Assembly (NCBI GenBank): GCA_902478395.1 | Contig: CABSKZ010000001.1 | Location: forward strand, 1 to 29,870 | DNA: 29,870 bases | From: an uncultured Eubacteriales bacterium | GTDB taxonomy: Bacteria > Bacillota > Clostridia > UBA1381 > UBA9506 | Direction of reading: 5' to 3' | Shown here: in pieces, positions 1 through 8,838 of the stretch | Layout: each line of letters begins with the position of its first letter | Position numbering within the stretch: the first letter of the stretch is position 1 | Program-made: the position numbers and the translations under genes | The notes under the pieces: model-generated | Told to the model about the DNA's origin: nothing | The model's input: the letters and a program-made list of their open reading frames with translations, nothing else | The model's database searches: none

Positions 1-55
1 ATCAACGGTTTGTAAAGTTGTAATTTACAAACCAAAAGAAATGGAGAGATTGTAA

Positions 56-931
56 ATGTTCAAAAAAAGTTTATCTTTACTCGCTGCCGCCGGATTATTG
101 ATTACCCTGCTTGCCGGATGCTCCGGTGGAGACAGCAAAACCAGCTCCGCGCCGTCTGCTTCAAGTGCTTCTGCGGCTGCAAGCTCAAAAACGAAAATTA
201 CCGTGGAAGGCTCTACCTCTGTTACGCCGCTGATGGAACAGCTGGTCGAGGAATACCAGAAAACGCACAGTGTAGAAATCCCAATTCAGGGGAACGGCTC
301 CTCCGCAGGCATCACGGCGGCAACAGAAGGCCGGGCCATGATAGGCATGAGCTCCCGTGAATTAAAAGCTGAAGAAAAAACAGCTCTTACTGAAACGACA
401 ATCGCGCTGGACGGTATCGCAGTTGTAACACATAAAAACAATACGGTAAGCGACCTGAGCGTGGACCAGATTTCTAAAATATTCAAGGGAGAAATCAAAA
501 ACTGGAGCGAGGTCGGCGGTCCGAGCAAACCAATCGTCGTTGTCTGCCGCGAAGCCGGCTCTGGTACGAGAAGCGCATTTGAAGAGCTAATGAAGCTGCA
601 GGAAAAGAGCGGCGACAAGACCATCAGCCTGATTTCTACGAACGCTTCCATCGTAGACAGCAACGGCGCGATGAAATCCAGCGTCGCCGGCAATGAAAAT
701 GCCATCGGATTTATGTCCCTCGGTTCCGTTGATGAAACTGTTTCAAAAGTAAAGGTAGACGGACAGGAAGCTACCGACCAGGCGATTCAGGAAGGCAAAT
801 ACAAAATTTCAAGACCGTTCCTGCTTCTGACAAAGGGCGAACCAACCGGCGCAGTGAAAGAATTCATTGATTTCATCAAATCCGCTGAAGGACAGAAGAT
901 CGTATCACAGAATTATATCACCGTTCAGTAA
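56..931 (+). CDS. pstS: Phosphate ABC transporter substrate-binding lipoprotein PstS
   Basis: Lipobox LLAGC, Ser/Ala linker, GSTSV and GSSAGI/IGMSSR motifs, REAGSGTR; GGAG RBS; first gene of the pstSCAB cluster. Confidence 0.95.
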   Translation: MFKKSLSLLAAAGLLITLLAGCSGGDSKTSSAPSASSASAAASSKTKITVEGSTSVTPLMEQLVEEYQKTHSVEIPIQGNGSSAGITAATEGRAMIGMSSRELKAEEKTALTETTIALDGIAVVTHKNNTVSDLSVDQISKIFKGEIKNWSEVGGPSKPIVVVCREAGSGTRSAFEELMKLQEKSGDKTISLISTNASIVDSNGAMKSSVAGNENAIGFMSLGSVDETVSKVKVDGQEATDQAIQEGKYKISRPFLLLTKGEPTGAVKEFIDFIKSAEGQKIVSQNYITVQ

Positions 932-942
932 TAGCCCGCATA

Positions 943-967
943 GGCGGCAAACCTTGTGTTTGCCGCC
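943..967 (+). promoter_or_regulatory. Intercistronic stem-loop after pstS (probable mRNA-stabilising or partial-termination hairpin)
   Basis: Perfect 10-bp stem GGCGGCAAAC / GTTTGCCGCC with a 5-nt loop, 11 nt after the pstS stop; no U-tract. Confidence 0.6.
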
Positions 968-1054
968 GTTGGTACGAGAATTTTATTCTGCGGTTGACAC
1001 GCACTGAAAAATATTGCCGGAGCGTACGCTGCCGGAGGAAAAGGCGGATGACAA

Positions 1055-1966
1055 ATGGAACCACTTCAAACTGGACAAGAACTGAACTTAAAACCCCGGA
1101 GTTCCGTCCGGGCCATATTTGAAAAGCTGGCCGAAACCGGATTTCTGCTGTGCGCCGTCTTCTCCGTTGTTTCATTGCTGATAATCGCCATCTTCATCAT
1201 CGGGCAGGGAATGCCCGGCATGCTGAAAATCGGCGTCGGCAAGTTTCTAACGGGGCAGGTCTGGCAGCCCGGCGCCGAGGTATTCGGCATCCTGCCCATG
1301 ATTCTAGGCACAATTTATGCAACTCTGGGCGCAACGCTGATTGGCGTCCCCATCGGTATTCTAACAGCAGTGTTCATCTCCGAAATTGCCCCCTCCTGGC
1401 TTTCAGGAAAAGTCCGTGCGGCGGTGGATTTACTGGCGGCAATCCCCTCCGTGGTATACGGCTTTTTCGGCCTTATTATATTTGTTCCCATGATAAACAC
1501 CCTCACCAACGGAGCAGGCGGCGACAGCCTGCTCGCCGCCATTTTGATTTTGTCCATTATGATACTGCCGACTATCACGAGCATTACAGAGACCTCGCTG
1601 CGCGCCGTACCTGACGTGTACCGGGAAGGCTCGCTCGCACTCGGTGCCACACATATACAAACCATCTTCAAGGTGACGATTCCCGCCGCCAAATCCGGTA
1701 TCTTTTCTGCGGTAATCCTTGGGGTGGGGCGCGCCGTCGGCGAGGCAATGGCCGTCATTCTGGTTTCAGGCAACGCCCCGCAGATTCCGGGTTCTATCTT
1801 CGACCGCATCCGCACTATGACTGCCAATATCGCGCTCGAAATGGGGTACGCCTCTGGACTGCACACACAGGCACTGTTTGCAACCGGCGTAGTTCTCTTC
1901 CTTTTCATTATGCTGCTGAATGTCATCTTAAATATTGTGAAAAGGTCCTCCGACAAATTGAATTAA
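1055..1966 (+). CDS. pstC: Phosphate ABC transporter permease PstC
   Basis: Multiple TM segments; LAAIPSVVYG, EGSLALGAT (EAA-like loop) and GRAVGEAMAV motifs. Confidence 0.95.
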   Translation: MEPLQTGQELNLKPRSSVRAIFEKLAETGFLLCAVFSVVSLLIIAIFIIGQGMPGMLKIGVGKFLTGQVWQPGAEVFGILPMILGTIYATLGATLIGVPIGILTAVFISEIAPSWLSGKVRAAVDLLAAIPSVVYGFFGLIIFVPMINTLTNGAGGDSLLAAILILSIMILPTITSITETSLRAVPDVYREGSLALGATHIQTIFKVTIPAAKSGIFSAVILGVGRAVGEAMAVILVSGNAPQIPGSIFDRIRTMTANIALEMGYASGLHTQALFATGVVLFLFIMLLNVILNIVKRSSDKLN

Positions 1967-1978
1967 GGCGGTGTAAAA

Positions 1979-2812
1979 ATGAAAAGCAAAAGACTCAGTG
2001 ACAAAATCCTATATTTTGTAATATGCGCCTGCGCGGCTGTTACAGTCGGCATTCTGCTCTGGATAATCGGCTTCATTGTGATAAACGGTGTCGGCTCCAT
2101 TTCGTGGGAGTTTCTGACCGCACCCTACAGCACGGAAGGCGGCGGCATTATGCCGATGATTATCAGTACCTTTTACATGGTTTTGCTCACAATTGTGATT
2201 GCGACGCCAATTGGTATTTTTACCGCAATTTATTTAAACGAATACGCACACGAAGGAAAAATCGTCGCCGTCATCCGGTTTGCGATTGATTCTCTGTCCG
2301 GAATTCCTTCTATCATCTACGGCCTGTTCGGCATGATTTTTTTTGTTACCGCCCTCAAATTCGACTACTCGATTCTGTCCGGTTCTATCACACTCAGCAT
2401 CATGATTTTGCCGACCATCATCCGTACCTCGGAGGAATCGCTCAAATCTGTTCCAGTTTCTTTCAAGGAAGGCTCGCTCGGCCTCGGCGCCTCAAAGCTG
2501 AGGACAATTTTTAAAATTGCATTGCCGAGCGCCATGACGGGAATCGTAACGGCTGTCATTTTAAGTATTGGGCGAATCGTGGGCGAGACGGCCGCGGTTT
2601 ACCTGACAGCCGGCATGACGCCGCAGGTTCCGGAAAATATTATGAGCTCAGGGCGGACGCTTTCTGTCCATCTGTATATGCTTGCCAAGGAGGCCGTGAC
2701 GCCAGACGCGTTCAGCAAAGCCTATGCAACCGGAACCGTCCTGATCATTACGGTATTTATCATCAACACCCTGGCGAACTTCCTCGCGAAAAAGCTCAAA
2801 AAGGAGTATTGA
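1979..2812 (+). CDS. pstA: Phosphate ABC transporter permease PstA
   Basis: [20 protein letters not shown] and GRIVGETAA motifs; position after pstC. Confidence 0.95.
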   Translation: MKSKRLSDKILYFVICACAAVTVGILLWIIGFIVINGVGSISWEFLTAPYSTEGGGIMPMIISTFYMVLLTIVIATPIGIFTAIYLNEYAHEGKIVAVIRFAIDSLSGIPSIIYGLFGMIFFVTALKFDYSILSGSITLSIMILPTIIRTSEESLKSVPVSFKEGSLGLGASKLRTIFKIALPSAMTGIVTAVILSIGRIVGETAAVYLTAGMTPQVPENIMSSGRTLSVHLYMLAKEAVTPDAFSKAYATGTVLIITVFIINTLANFLAKKLKKEY

Positions 2813-2816
2813 TCTT

Positions 2817-3563
2817 ATGAATTTCGAAACGAAAAATCTGAACCTGTACTACGATGATTTCCGCGCGCTGAAAGACATCAGCATCACCATGGCGGAGCAT
2901 GAGGTCACCGCTCTTATCGGGCCTTCCGGCTGCGGGAAGTCCACCTTTTTAAAAACACTCAACCGGATGAACGACCTCGTTTCCGGCTGCCGGATTACGG
3001 GTGAGGTGTTGTTCGGCGGAACCGACATTTATAAAAATATAGACATCAGCCAGCTCCGCAAAGAGGTCGGCATGGTGTTCCAGAAGCCGAATCCTTTTCC
3101 GATGAGCATTTATGACAACATCGCCTATGGCCTGCGGACACATGGCGTTAAGAAAAAATCCGTCATAGACGACGTGGTGGAAAAAGTTCTGCGCGACACG
3201 GCCATCTGGGATGAGGTGAAAGACCGCTTGAAACGGAATGCCCTCGGCCTGTCCGGCGGACAGCAGCAAAGAATTTGCATTGCCCGTGCTCTGGCTATCT
3301 CGCCCGCGTTCCTGCTGATGGATGAGCCAACCTCAGCACTGGACCCGATTTCTACCCTGAAAATTGAAGATTTGGTCCAGAAGCTGAAAGAAGATTACTC
3401 TATTATCATCGTTACCCACAACATGCAGCAGGCCGCACGTATTTCTGACAAAACCGCCTTCTTCTTAAATGGGGAAATCATTGAATATGACAGTACCGAA
3501 AAAATATTCTCTTCCCCGGAGGATAAACGGACCGAGGACTATATTACAGGCCGGTTCGGTTAA
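2817..3563 (+). CDS. pstB: Phosphate ABC transporter ATP-binding protein PstB
   Basis: Walker [40 protein letters not shown]-terminal DYITGRFG. Confidence 0.97.
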   Translation: MNFETKNLNLYYDDFRALKDISITMAEHEVTALIGPSGCGKSTFLKTLNRMNDLVSGCRITGEVLFGGTDIYKNIDISQLRKEVGMVFQKPNPFPMSIYDNIAYGLRTHGVKKKSVIDDVVEKVLRDTAIWDEVKDRLKRNALGLSGGQQQRICIARALAISPAFLLMDEPTSALDPISTLKIEDLVQKLKEDYSIIIVTHNMQQAARISDKTAFFLNGEIIEYDSTEKIFSSPEDKRTEDYITGRFG

Positions 3564-3588
3564 TTTCTGCTTTTCATCCCATGTATGG

Positions 3589-3723
3589 TTATGGTATAAT
3601 AAACGCAAAAGCGTTTATTATACGCCTCCGGCGAGGAATCTATCGCGCGTGCGAATTTTCCTCACGTTGTTCGGAAACGCACATGCGCAATTATACCAAA
3701 ATCCTTCGGATTTATGGTATAAT
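3589..3723. repeat. Multi-hairpin REP/MITE-like palindromic unit bounded by TTATGGTATAAT direct repeats
   Basis: TTATGGTATAAT at 3589-3600 and 3712-3723 (123 bp apart); perfect 13-bp stem 3594-3606/3611-3623; stem GAGGAA..TTCCTC 3633-3663; 15-bp stem with one bulge 3690-3723. Confidence 0.6.
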
Positions 3724-3875
3724 ATACACGGAGTAAGGCTGTGCCTGGCCAAAGACAATGGCAGAAAGCTTTGAATCTAGTCGTCTTTTTCTGGGCAGTC
3801 ACAACCAGAAAAGAACTTGCGCTATCACCATTATGGAACTGGTGTGCAGCAAGCCGAGCGGCGGCATATTTTTAT
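3724..3875 (+). mobile_element. Possible remnant of an IS110-family non-coding end (bridge-RNA-like segment) without transposase
   Basis: Ordered blocks GGAGTAAGG (3730), GGCAGAAAGCTTTGAATC (3760), ACTGGTG (3838) and GCGGCATATTT (3861) resemble, from memory, leaders of Clostridial IS110 transposases; internal hairpins present; not database-confirmed. Confidence 0.4.
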
Positions 3876-3915
3876 GATGGAATATACGAAACTGGCAGAA
3901 AGGCTGGTGGCAAAA

Positions 3916-4602
3916 ATGGCCAAATGTATCTTTGTTGTGGACGATGAGGCCCACATTCGCGAACTGATCACCTATAATCTGGAGGAAAACGGCTATATTG
4001 CCGCTGCTTTCGAAACAGGAGAGGAGATGCTCGCCGCACTGGAAAAAAAACAGCCGGCGTTAATCCTGCTCGACATCATGCTGCCTGGCCTTTCCGGCCT
4101 CGAAGTGTGTAAGCAACTGAAAAGAAACCCCAACACCAAGGATATCCCCATTATTTTTCTCACTGCGAAAGCCGAGGAAATCGACAAAGTACTCGGCCTT
4201 GAGCTGGGCGGGGATGATTATATATCAAAGCCCTTCGGCGTACGGGAACTGATTGCACGTATCGGAACCGTACTGAGGCGATGTGAAAAACGCGAAACCA
4301 AGGAAGCCGACATCATCGCCGTACGCGACATCGTCATGAATATCGCCAAACGTACCGTCACAAAGGATGATCAGCCCCTGACGCTGACATTAAAGGAATT
4401 CGAGCTGCTTAAGCTACTGATTTTGAATAAGGGCAACGTCTTTTCACGGGACGTACTGCTGGATAAAATCTGGGGCTATGACTACTACGGGGAAACCCGG
4501 ACAGTGGACGTCCACATCCGGAACCTGCGCAAGGCTCTGCGCGACGACAAGGAAGAATATATCCAAACGGTGCGCGGCATCGGGTACCGTTTTTCAGAAT
4601 AA
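3916..4602 (+). CDS. phoP: OmpR/PhoB-family response regulator (PhoP/PhoB)
   Basis: Receiver domain (VVDDE, LLDIMLP, FLTAK, DDYISKPF) plus winged helix (RTVDVHIRNLR, TVRGIGYRF); start moved to ATG 3916 after AGAAAGG; pst context. Confidence 0.9.
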   Translation: MAKCIFVVDDEAHIRELITYNLEENGYIAAAFETGEEMLAALEKKQPALILLDIMLPGLSGLEVCKQLKRNPNTKDIPIIFLTAKAEEIDKVLGLELGGDDYISKPFGVRELIARIGTVLRRCEKRETKEADIIAVRDIVMNIAKRTVTKDDQPLTLTLKEFELLKLLILNKGNVFSRDVLLDKIWGYDYYGETRTVDVHIRNLRKALRDDKEEYIQTVRGIGYRFSE

Positions 4603-4615
4603 GGAGTGAATCAGC

Positions 4616-6334
4616 TTGAGAAACAGCCTGCTCAGAATGTTTTTTATTGTGATTATGGCCGCGACGCTGATAACGGGCACGCTGTCTTATATCGTCGCGC
4701 AAAACGCGTATGAGCAGCAGCTGGATAAAAGCATCGTAGAAAATATTGATTTATTCTGCGCCTCGTGGAATACCAGCGGACTGGAAAAGGCCTCTGCAGA
4801 TTTTACGAAAACCATTAATGGGCTGCGGATTTCCATTATCCTTCCGGACGGAACGGTCCGGTATGATACGGACACTGCAGCAGAAGCACTGGACAACCAT
4901 AAATCCCGGCCGGAAATCGAGCAAGCGCTCAACTCCGGCGTGGGCATCAGCAAACGGACCAGCAAAACCACGCTGATAAAATATAAATATGTGGCCAAAA
5001 AGCTGACAATGGACGGAGAGGAATGCGTCGTCCGCCTGTGTGTGCCAATGGACAATATGAAAGGCATCAACAAAAACATCTTTTTGTTGGTGTTCCTCGG
5101 CATCACCACCGGTGTAGGCATTGCGCTGCTCTTTGCTGTGCGGTATTCCAGCGAGGTCACCACGCCGCTGAAAAAACTGTCAGAGGCGGCAACAAAAATC
5201 GCCGGCGGCGAATATATTCAGAAATTCGATTTTAAGACGAAATATGAGGTCGCGGAATTGAGCCGCAACATTATCCAGATGGGGCAAAGCCTCGACCGGA
5301 GCATCACCCTGCTGCACAATCGCAACGAACAGCTCAAAACCATTATTGACAACATGGTGAGCGGACTGCTGGCAATCGACAACGAAGACAAAATTATCCT
5401 CATCAACCAGAAGGCCGTTGAGATGCTGAATCTGCCGGAAAAAGACCCGAAAGGGATGGAACTGTTCAGCATCTTCCGCAACGGTCAGTTTACGGATTTT
5501 GTAACAAAATCCACAAAGGACAGCATTGATTTTGAGTATCTCGACCGGTATTTCCGCATCAAAAAATCCAAAATTACGGACGGGGAAGGCACCGTCGTTT
5601 TGATAAATGACATCACACAGGTCAAAAAGCTGGAGGATATGCGCAGCGAATTTGTCGCAAACGTCACGCACGAGCTGAAAACACCGCTCACCTCCATTAA
5701 GGGCTTTACGGATACGCTGAAAAACGGCGCTATCGAGAACAGGGACGCGGCCCTGCGGTTTCTGGAAATTATAGAAATCGAGTCCGACCGTCTCATCCGT
5801 TTGATTAATGACATCCTTGACCTTTCCGACATTGAAAACATGGCCGTTGAATCGCAGACGGAGGATGTTATCATCGACGATGTGATTGTTGAAGTAATTT
5901 CGCTTGTAAAAAACGACGCCGCGGAAAAGGATGTCACCATCTCCTACCACAATACCGGAGCGGTTGTATCCTACCGCGCGAACCGCGACCGCTTCAAGCA
6001 GCTTCTGCTGAACCTCGTGTCTAACGCGGTCCGCTATAACAGGGAAAATGGCGAGGTTGACATCTGTGCCGATGAAGTGAACCGCAAGCTCCGCATTCGC
6101 GTAAAAGACACCGGCATCGGGATTCCAGAGGACAAAATGCCCCGCCTGTTCGAGCGGTTTTACCGGGTGGATAAAAGCCGCAGCACGCGAAGCGGTGGAA
6201 CCGGGCTGGGGCTCAGCATTGTAAAGCATATTGTCAATATTTACAACGGAGAAATTTACGTTTCCAGCGAACCCGATAAGGGCAGCGAATTCACCATATT
6301 CCTTCCTATAGCAGAAGAAAAAACGAAAGCATGA
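4616..6334 (+). CDS. phoR: Phosphate regulon sensor histidine kinase PhoR
   Basis: TTG start after AAGGAG; 2 TM segments, HAMP, PAS-like region, H-box FVANVTHELKTPLTSI, NLVSNAVRYN, DTGIGI, FERFYRVDKSRS, GGTGLGLSIVKH. Confidence 0.92.
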   Translation: MRNSLLRMFFIVIMAATLITGTLSYIVAQNAYEQQLDKSIVENIDLFCASWNTSGLEKASADFTKTINGLRISIILPDGTVRYDTDTAAEALDNHKSRPEIEQALNSGVGISKRTSKTTLIKYKYVAKKLTMDGEECVVRLCVPMDNMKGINKNIFLLVFLGITTGVGIALLFAVRYSSEVTTPLKKLSEAATKIAGGEYIQKFDFKTKYEVAELSRNIIQMGQSLDRSITLLHNRNEQLKTIIDNMVSGLLAIDNEDKIILINQKAVEMLNLPEKDPKGMELFSIFRNGQFTDFVTKSTKDSIDFEYLDRYFRIKKSKITDGEGTVVLINDITQVKKLEDMRSEFVANVTHELKTPLTSIKGFTDTLKNGAIENRDAALRFLEIIEIESDRLIRLINDILDLSDIENMAVESQTEDVIIDDVIVEVISLVKNDAAEKDVTISYHNTGAVVSYRANRDRFKQLLLNLVSNAVRYNRENGEVDICADEVNRKLRIRVKDTGIGIPEDKMPRLFERFYRVDKSRSTRSGGTGLGLSIVKHIVNIYNGEIYVSSEPDKGSEFTIFLPIAEEKTKA

Positions 6335-6385
6335 TTTGATTTTTAATAGGTCCGCGCGCGTCGTGCCGGACAGATGGAGGTTACC

Positions 6386-7039
6386 ATGACCAGAGCAAAT
6401 TATGACGAAAGCTTGAAAGAGCTGTATCACGAAGTTATTCAAATGGCGAGCGTAGTTGAAAACGCGCTTTCCCGGACTATGCTCGCGCTGACCAAGAAGG
6501 ACAAGGCGCTGGCCAAAGCCATTATGAAAAACGATGATGACATCGACGAGCGCCACAACCGGATAGAAGAAAAATGCATCAGTCTGATTGCCACACAGCA
6601 GCCAATTGCCAGCGACCTGCGGCTGATTATCTCCATTCTGAACATGATTACAGATTTGGAGCGCATCGGCGACCATGCCTCGGACATCTGCAAAATGATG
6701 CTGGAAATCGAGGACATTAAGATTATCAACTCCATTTCCCGCTTCTCCCAGATGGTGGAGGTGGCGGCGCGCATGGTTCGCACTTCCATCGACGCGTACG
6801 CATACGGCGATGTGGAGATGGCAAAGGACACGCAGGCATTGGAAGATGAAATGGACGCGTTGTTTGGCGAAGTAATTGTTTCTCTGAAAGAGGAAATGAA
6901 ATTGAACCCGAATGTAATTGAGGAATGTACCAATCTAATATTCATTTCAAAATATCTGGAACGTGTCGGAGACCACGCCACGAACCTGTGCGAGTCTATT
7001 GTATACAACATAACAGGCCGGCACGAACATTTGAACTAA
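6386..7039 (+). CDS. phoU: Phosphate signalling complex protein PhoU
   Basis: Two PhoU repeats: QQPIASDLR, DLERIGDHA, YLERVGDHATN; start at ATG 6386 after GGAGG. Confidence 0.95.
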   Translation: MTRANYDESLKELYHEVIQMASVVENALSRTMLALTKKDKALAKAIMKNDDDIDERHNRIEEKCISLIATQQPIASDLRLIISILNMITDLERIGDHASDICKMMLEIEDIKIINSISRFSQMVEVAARMVRTSIDAYAYGDVEMAKDTQALEDEMDALFGEVIVSLKEEMKLNPNVIEECTNLIFISKYLERVGDHATNLCESIVYNITGRHEHLN

Positions 7040-7063
7040 CCCTTACAGGACTTATAAACAGCG

Positions 7064-7107
7064 AAGGAAGCAGAAAGCTTAGTGGCCTTCCGCTTCCTTT
7101 TATTTTG
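7064..7107 (+). terminator. Intrinsic terminator after phoU
   Basis: AAGGAAGC...GCTTCCTT stem followed by TTATTTT. Confidence 0.7.
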
Positions 7108-7255
7108 GGTATTTATAAAATAGAACCAAATTATTTATTAAAAAATCCTTCCTAAACAGCCTTTCACCCTTGCGAAGAAGGAGATATATTCCCGCCGCGT
7201 GCTGAACAGCAGGAACCCGGCCGCCTTAGAGGTGGGGACACACAGCAGGGATATA

Positions 7256-8776
7256 TTACAAATCCAACTCCGCGAGCTTATGGAACGGTGCTTTCAGTGC
7301 CGGATACAGCGAACGGTAAACTTCGTACATCGCCTCATATGCCTTCCTGTTCTTCTCCTCCGGCTCCTGAGTTCGTTCCGTCCGGATAACCTGGGAGCAA
7401 CCCTCCTGAACAGATGCGTAGACGCCAGCACCGACCCCCGCCAGAATCGCCGCGCCAAGCGCGGGCCCTTCCCTGGAGGACACGGTTTTCACCCGGCATC
7501 CATAATTATCCGCCAGCATCTGCCGCCAAAGACGGCTGGTCCCTCCTCCGCCGCAGGCGGCCATATCGGTTACGTCCACGTGCATTTCCCGCAGTACGTC
7601 CAGACAATCCCGAAGGGAATAGACGACGCCCTCCATTACGGCGCGGAGCATCTCCGCCTTCCCGTGAATGGCTGACAGGCCGACAAACGCACCTCTCGCG
7701 TCCGGGTCGAGGTGCGGCGTCCGTTCCCCCATTAGGTATGGCAGATACAGCAGCCGGTTGCATCCCGCAGGAACCGCTCCGGCGATTTCATCCATCAGCA
7801 CATAAGGGTCAATCCGCATCAGGGAGGCGGTTTCCTTTTCGCTTCCGCAAAAATTGTCTCGGAACCACTTTAAAGACAGGCCGGCGGCCTGCGTCACGCC
7901 CATGACATGCCATTCCCCCGGGACTGCGCAGCAAAAGGTATGCACCCGTCCCTGTAAATCTGTTGCCATATTTGCCGTGTGCGCATAGACTACGCCGCTG
8001 GTGCCGATGGTGGTAAACGCCTTTTTGTCAGTTACCACACCTGTCCCGACAGCCGCGGCGGCATTGTCCCCCGCGCCGCCGACGACGATTGTCCCTTCTG
8101 CCAGACCTGTTTCCCTAGCGGCATCCCGTGTAATTTTGCCCGTAATCTCGGGGCTTTCATAAACCTTTGCCAGTAAGTCGGCGCTGATATCCAGTTTTTG
8201 CAGTATCTCTGCCGACCAGCAGCGGTTCGCGATGTCGAGAAGCTGCATGCCGCTCGCGTCTGATACCTCCGTCGCAAATTCTCCGGTCAGGCGGTACCGG
8301 ATGTAATCCTTCGGCAGCAGGATATGGCGGCATTTTTCATAATTGTCCGGTTCATGGTTCCGCACCCAAAGGATTTTAGAGGCGGTAAAACCCGCCAGCG
8401 CCGGATTTGCCGTGATTTCAATCAACCGTTTCCGGCCGACAAGTCGCGTGATTTCCTCACATTCCTTTCCGGTCCGCCCGTCACACCAAAGAATCGCGTC
8501 GCGGATGACCTTTCCTTCTGCATCGAGCATAACCAGACCGTGCATCTGCCCGGAAAGGCCAACGCCGGCAATTTCCCGCCTGTCCACCTTTGCGGTTACT
8601 GCCCGCAACGTTTCCCGAACCGCGTTCCACCAGTCCTCTGGATTCTGTTCCGCCCAGCCATTTCGCGGCTGGAACATCGGGTACTCTGCGGTGCGGGACG
8701 CAATGGTTTTTCCCGCCTCGTCAAACAGCACGGTTTTGGTTCCGGAGGTGCCAATATCGATTCCTATCAGGTACAT
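7256..8776 (-). CDS. xylB: Xylulokinase (FGGY kinase)
   Basis: IGIDIGTSGTK, GLSGQMHGLV, ILWCDGR, GAGDNAA, LPYLMGERTP; directly downstream of xylose isomerase; start 8776 after GAAGGAG. Confidence 0.93.
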   Translation of the reverse strand: MYLIGIDIGTSGTKTVLFDEAGKTIASRTAEYPMFQPRNGWAEQNPEDWWNAVRETLRAVTAKVDRREIAGVGLSGQMHGLVMLDAEGKVIRDAILWCDGRTGKECEEITRLVGRKRLIEITANPALAGFTASKILWVRNHEPDNYEKCRHILLPKDYIRYRLTGEFATEVSDASGMQLLDIANRCWSAEILQKLDISADLLAKVYESPEITGKITRDAARETGLAEGTIVVGGAGDNAAAAVGTGVVTDKKAFTTIGTSGVVYAHTANMATDLQGRVHTFCCAVPGEWHVMGVTQAAGLSLKWFRDNFCGSEKETASLMRIDPYVLMDEIAGAVPAGCNRLLYLPYLMGERTPHLDPDARGAFVGLSAIHGKAEMLRAVMEGVVYSLRDCLDVLREMHVDVTDMAACGGGGTSRLWRQMLADNYGCRVKTVSSREGPALGAAILAGVGAGVYASVQEGCSQVIRTERTQEPEEKNRKAYEAMYEVYRSLYPALKAPFHKLAELDL

Positions 8777-8838
8777 GTTCTTTCTCCTTCCTGTATGCTT
8801 GGTCAACCTGCCTCCTAAAGCGGACTATGCCCAACAGG

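Noticed and set aside
119..190. Ser/Ala low-complexity tract in PstS
   Set aside because: Ordinary flexible linker after the lipidated Cys; no nucleotide-level tandem repeat.
3589..3723. CRISPR-like array
   Set aside because: Only two 12-bp repeats, 123 bp apart, with a palindromic interior and no cas genes.
3817..3915. 33-aa N-terminal extension of the response regulator
   Set aside because: The receiver domain begins at ATG 3916, which has an RBS; the upstream TTG has none.
3469..3947. ORFs 3469-3774 and 3741-3947
   Set aside because: No RBS; they are translations of palindromic non-coding DNA (the repeated LWYN comes from the TTATGGTATAAT repeat).
5180..6676. 498-aa minus-strand ORF
   Set aside because: Antisense shadow of phoR/phoU; no recognisable motifs. 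The same applies to the other long shadow ORFs (e.g. 9439-10260, 12046-12864, 21339-22301, 24869-25825).
3759..7080. Recurrence of GCAGAAAG at 3761, 3895 and 7070
   Set aside because: Short (8-11 nt) and in unrelated contexts (RBS, terminator); cannot be distinguished from chance by eye.
8777..8806. Alternative TTG start for xylB at 8806
   Set aside because: AGGAGG is only 4 nt from the TTG; ATG 8776 has a well-spaced RBS and matches the usual FGGY kinase N-terminus.
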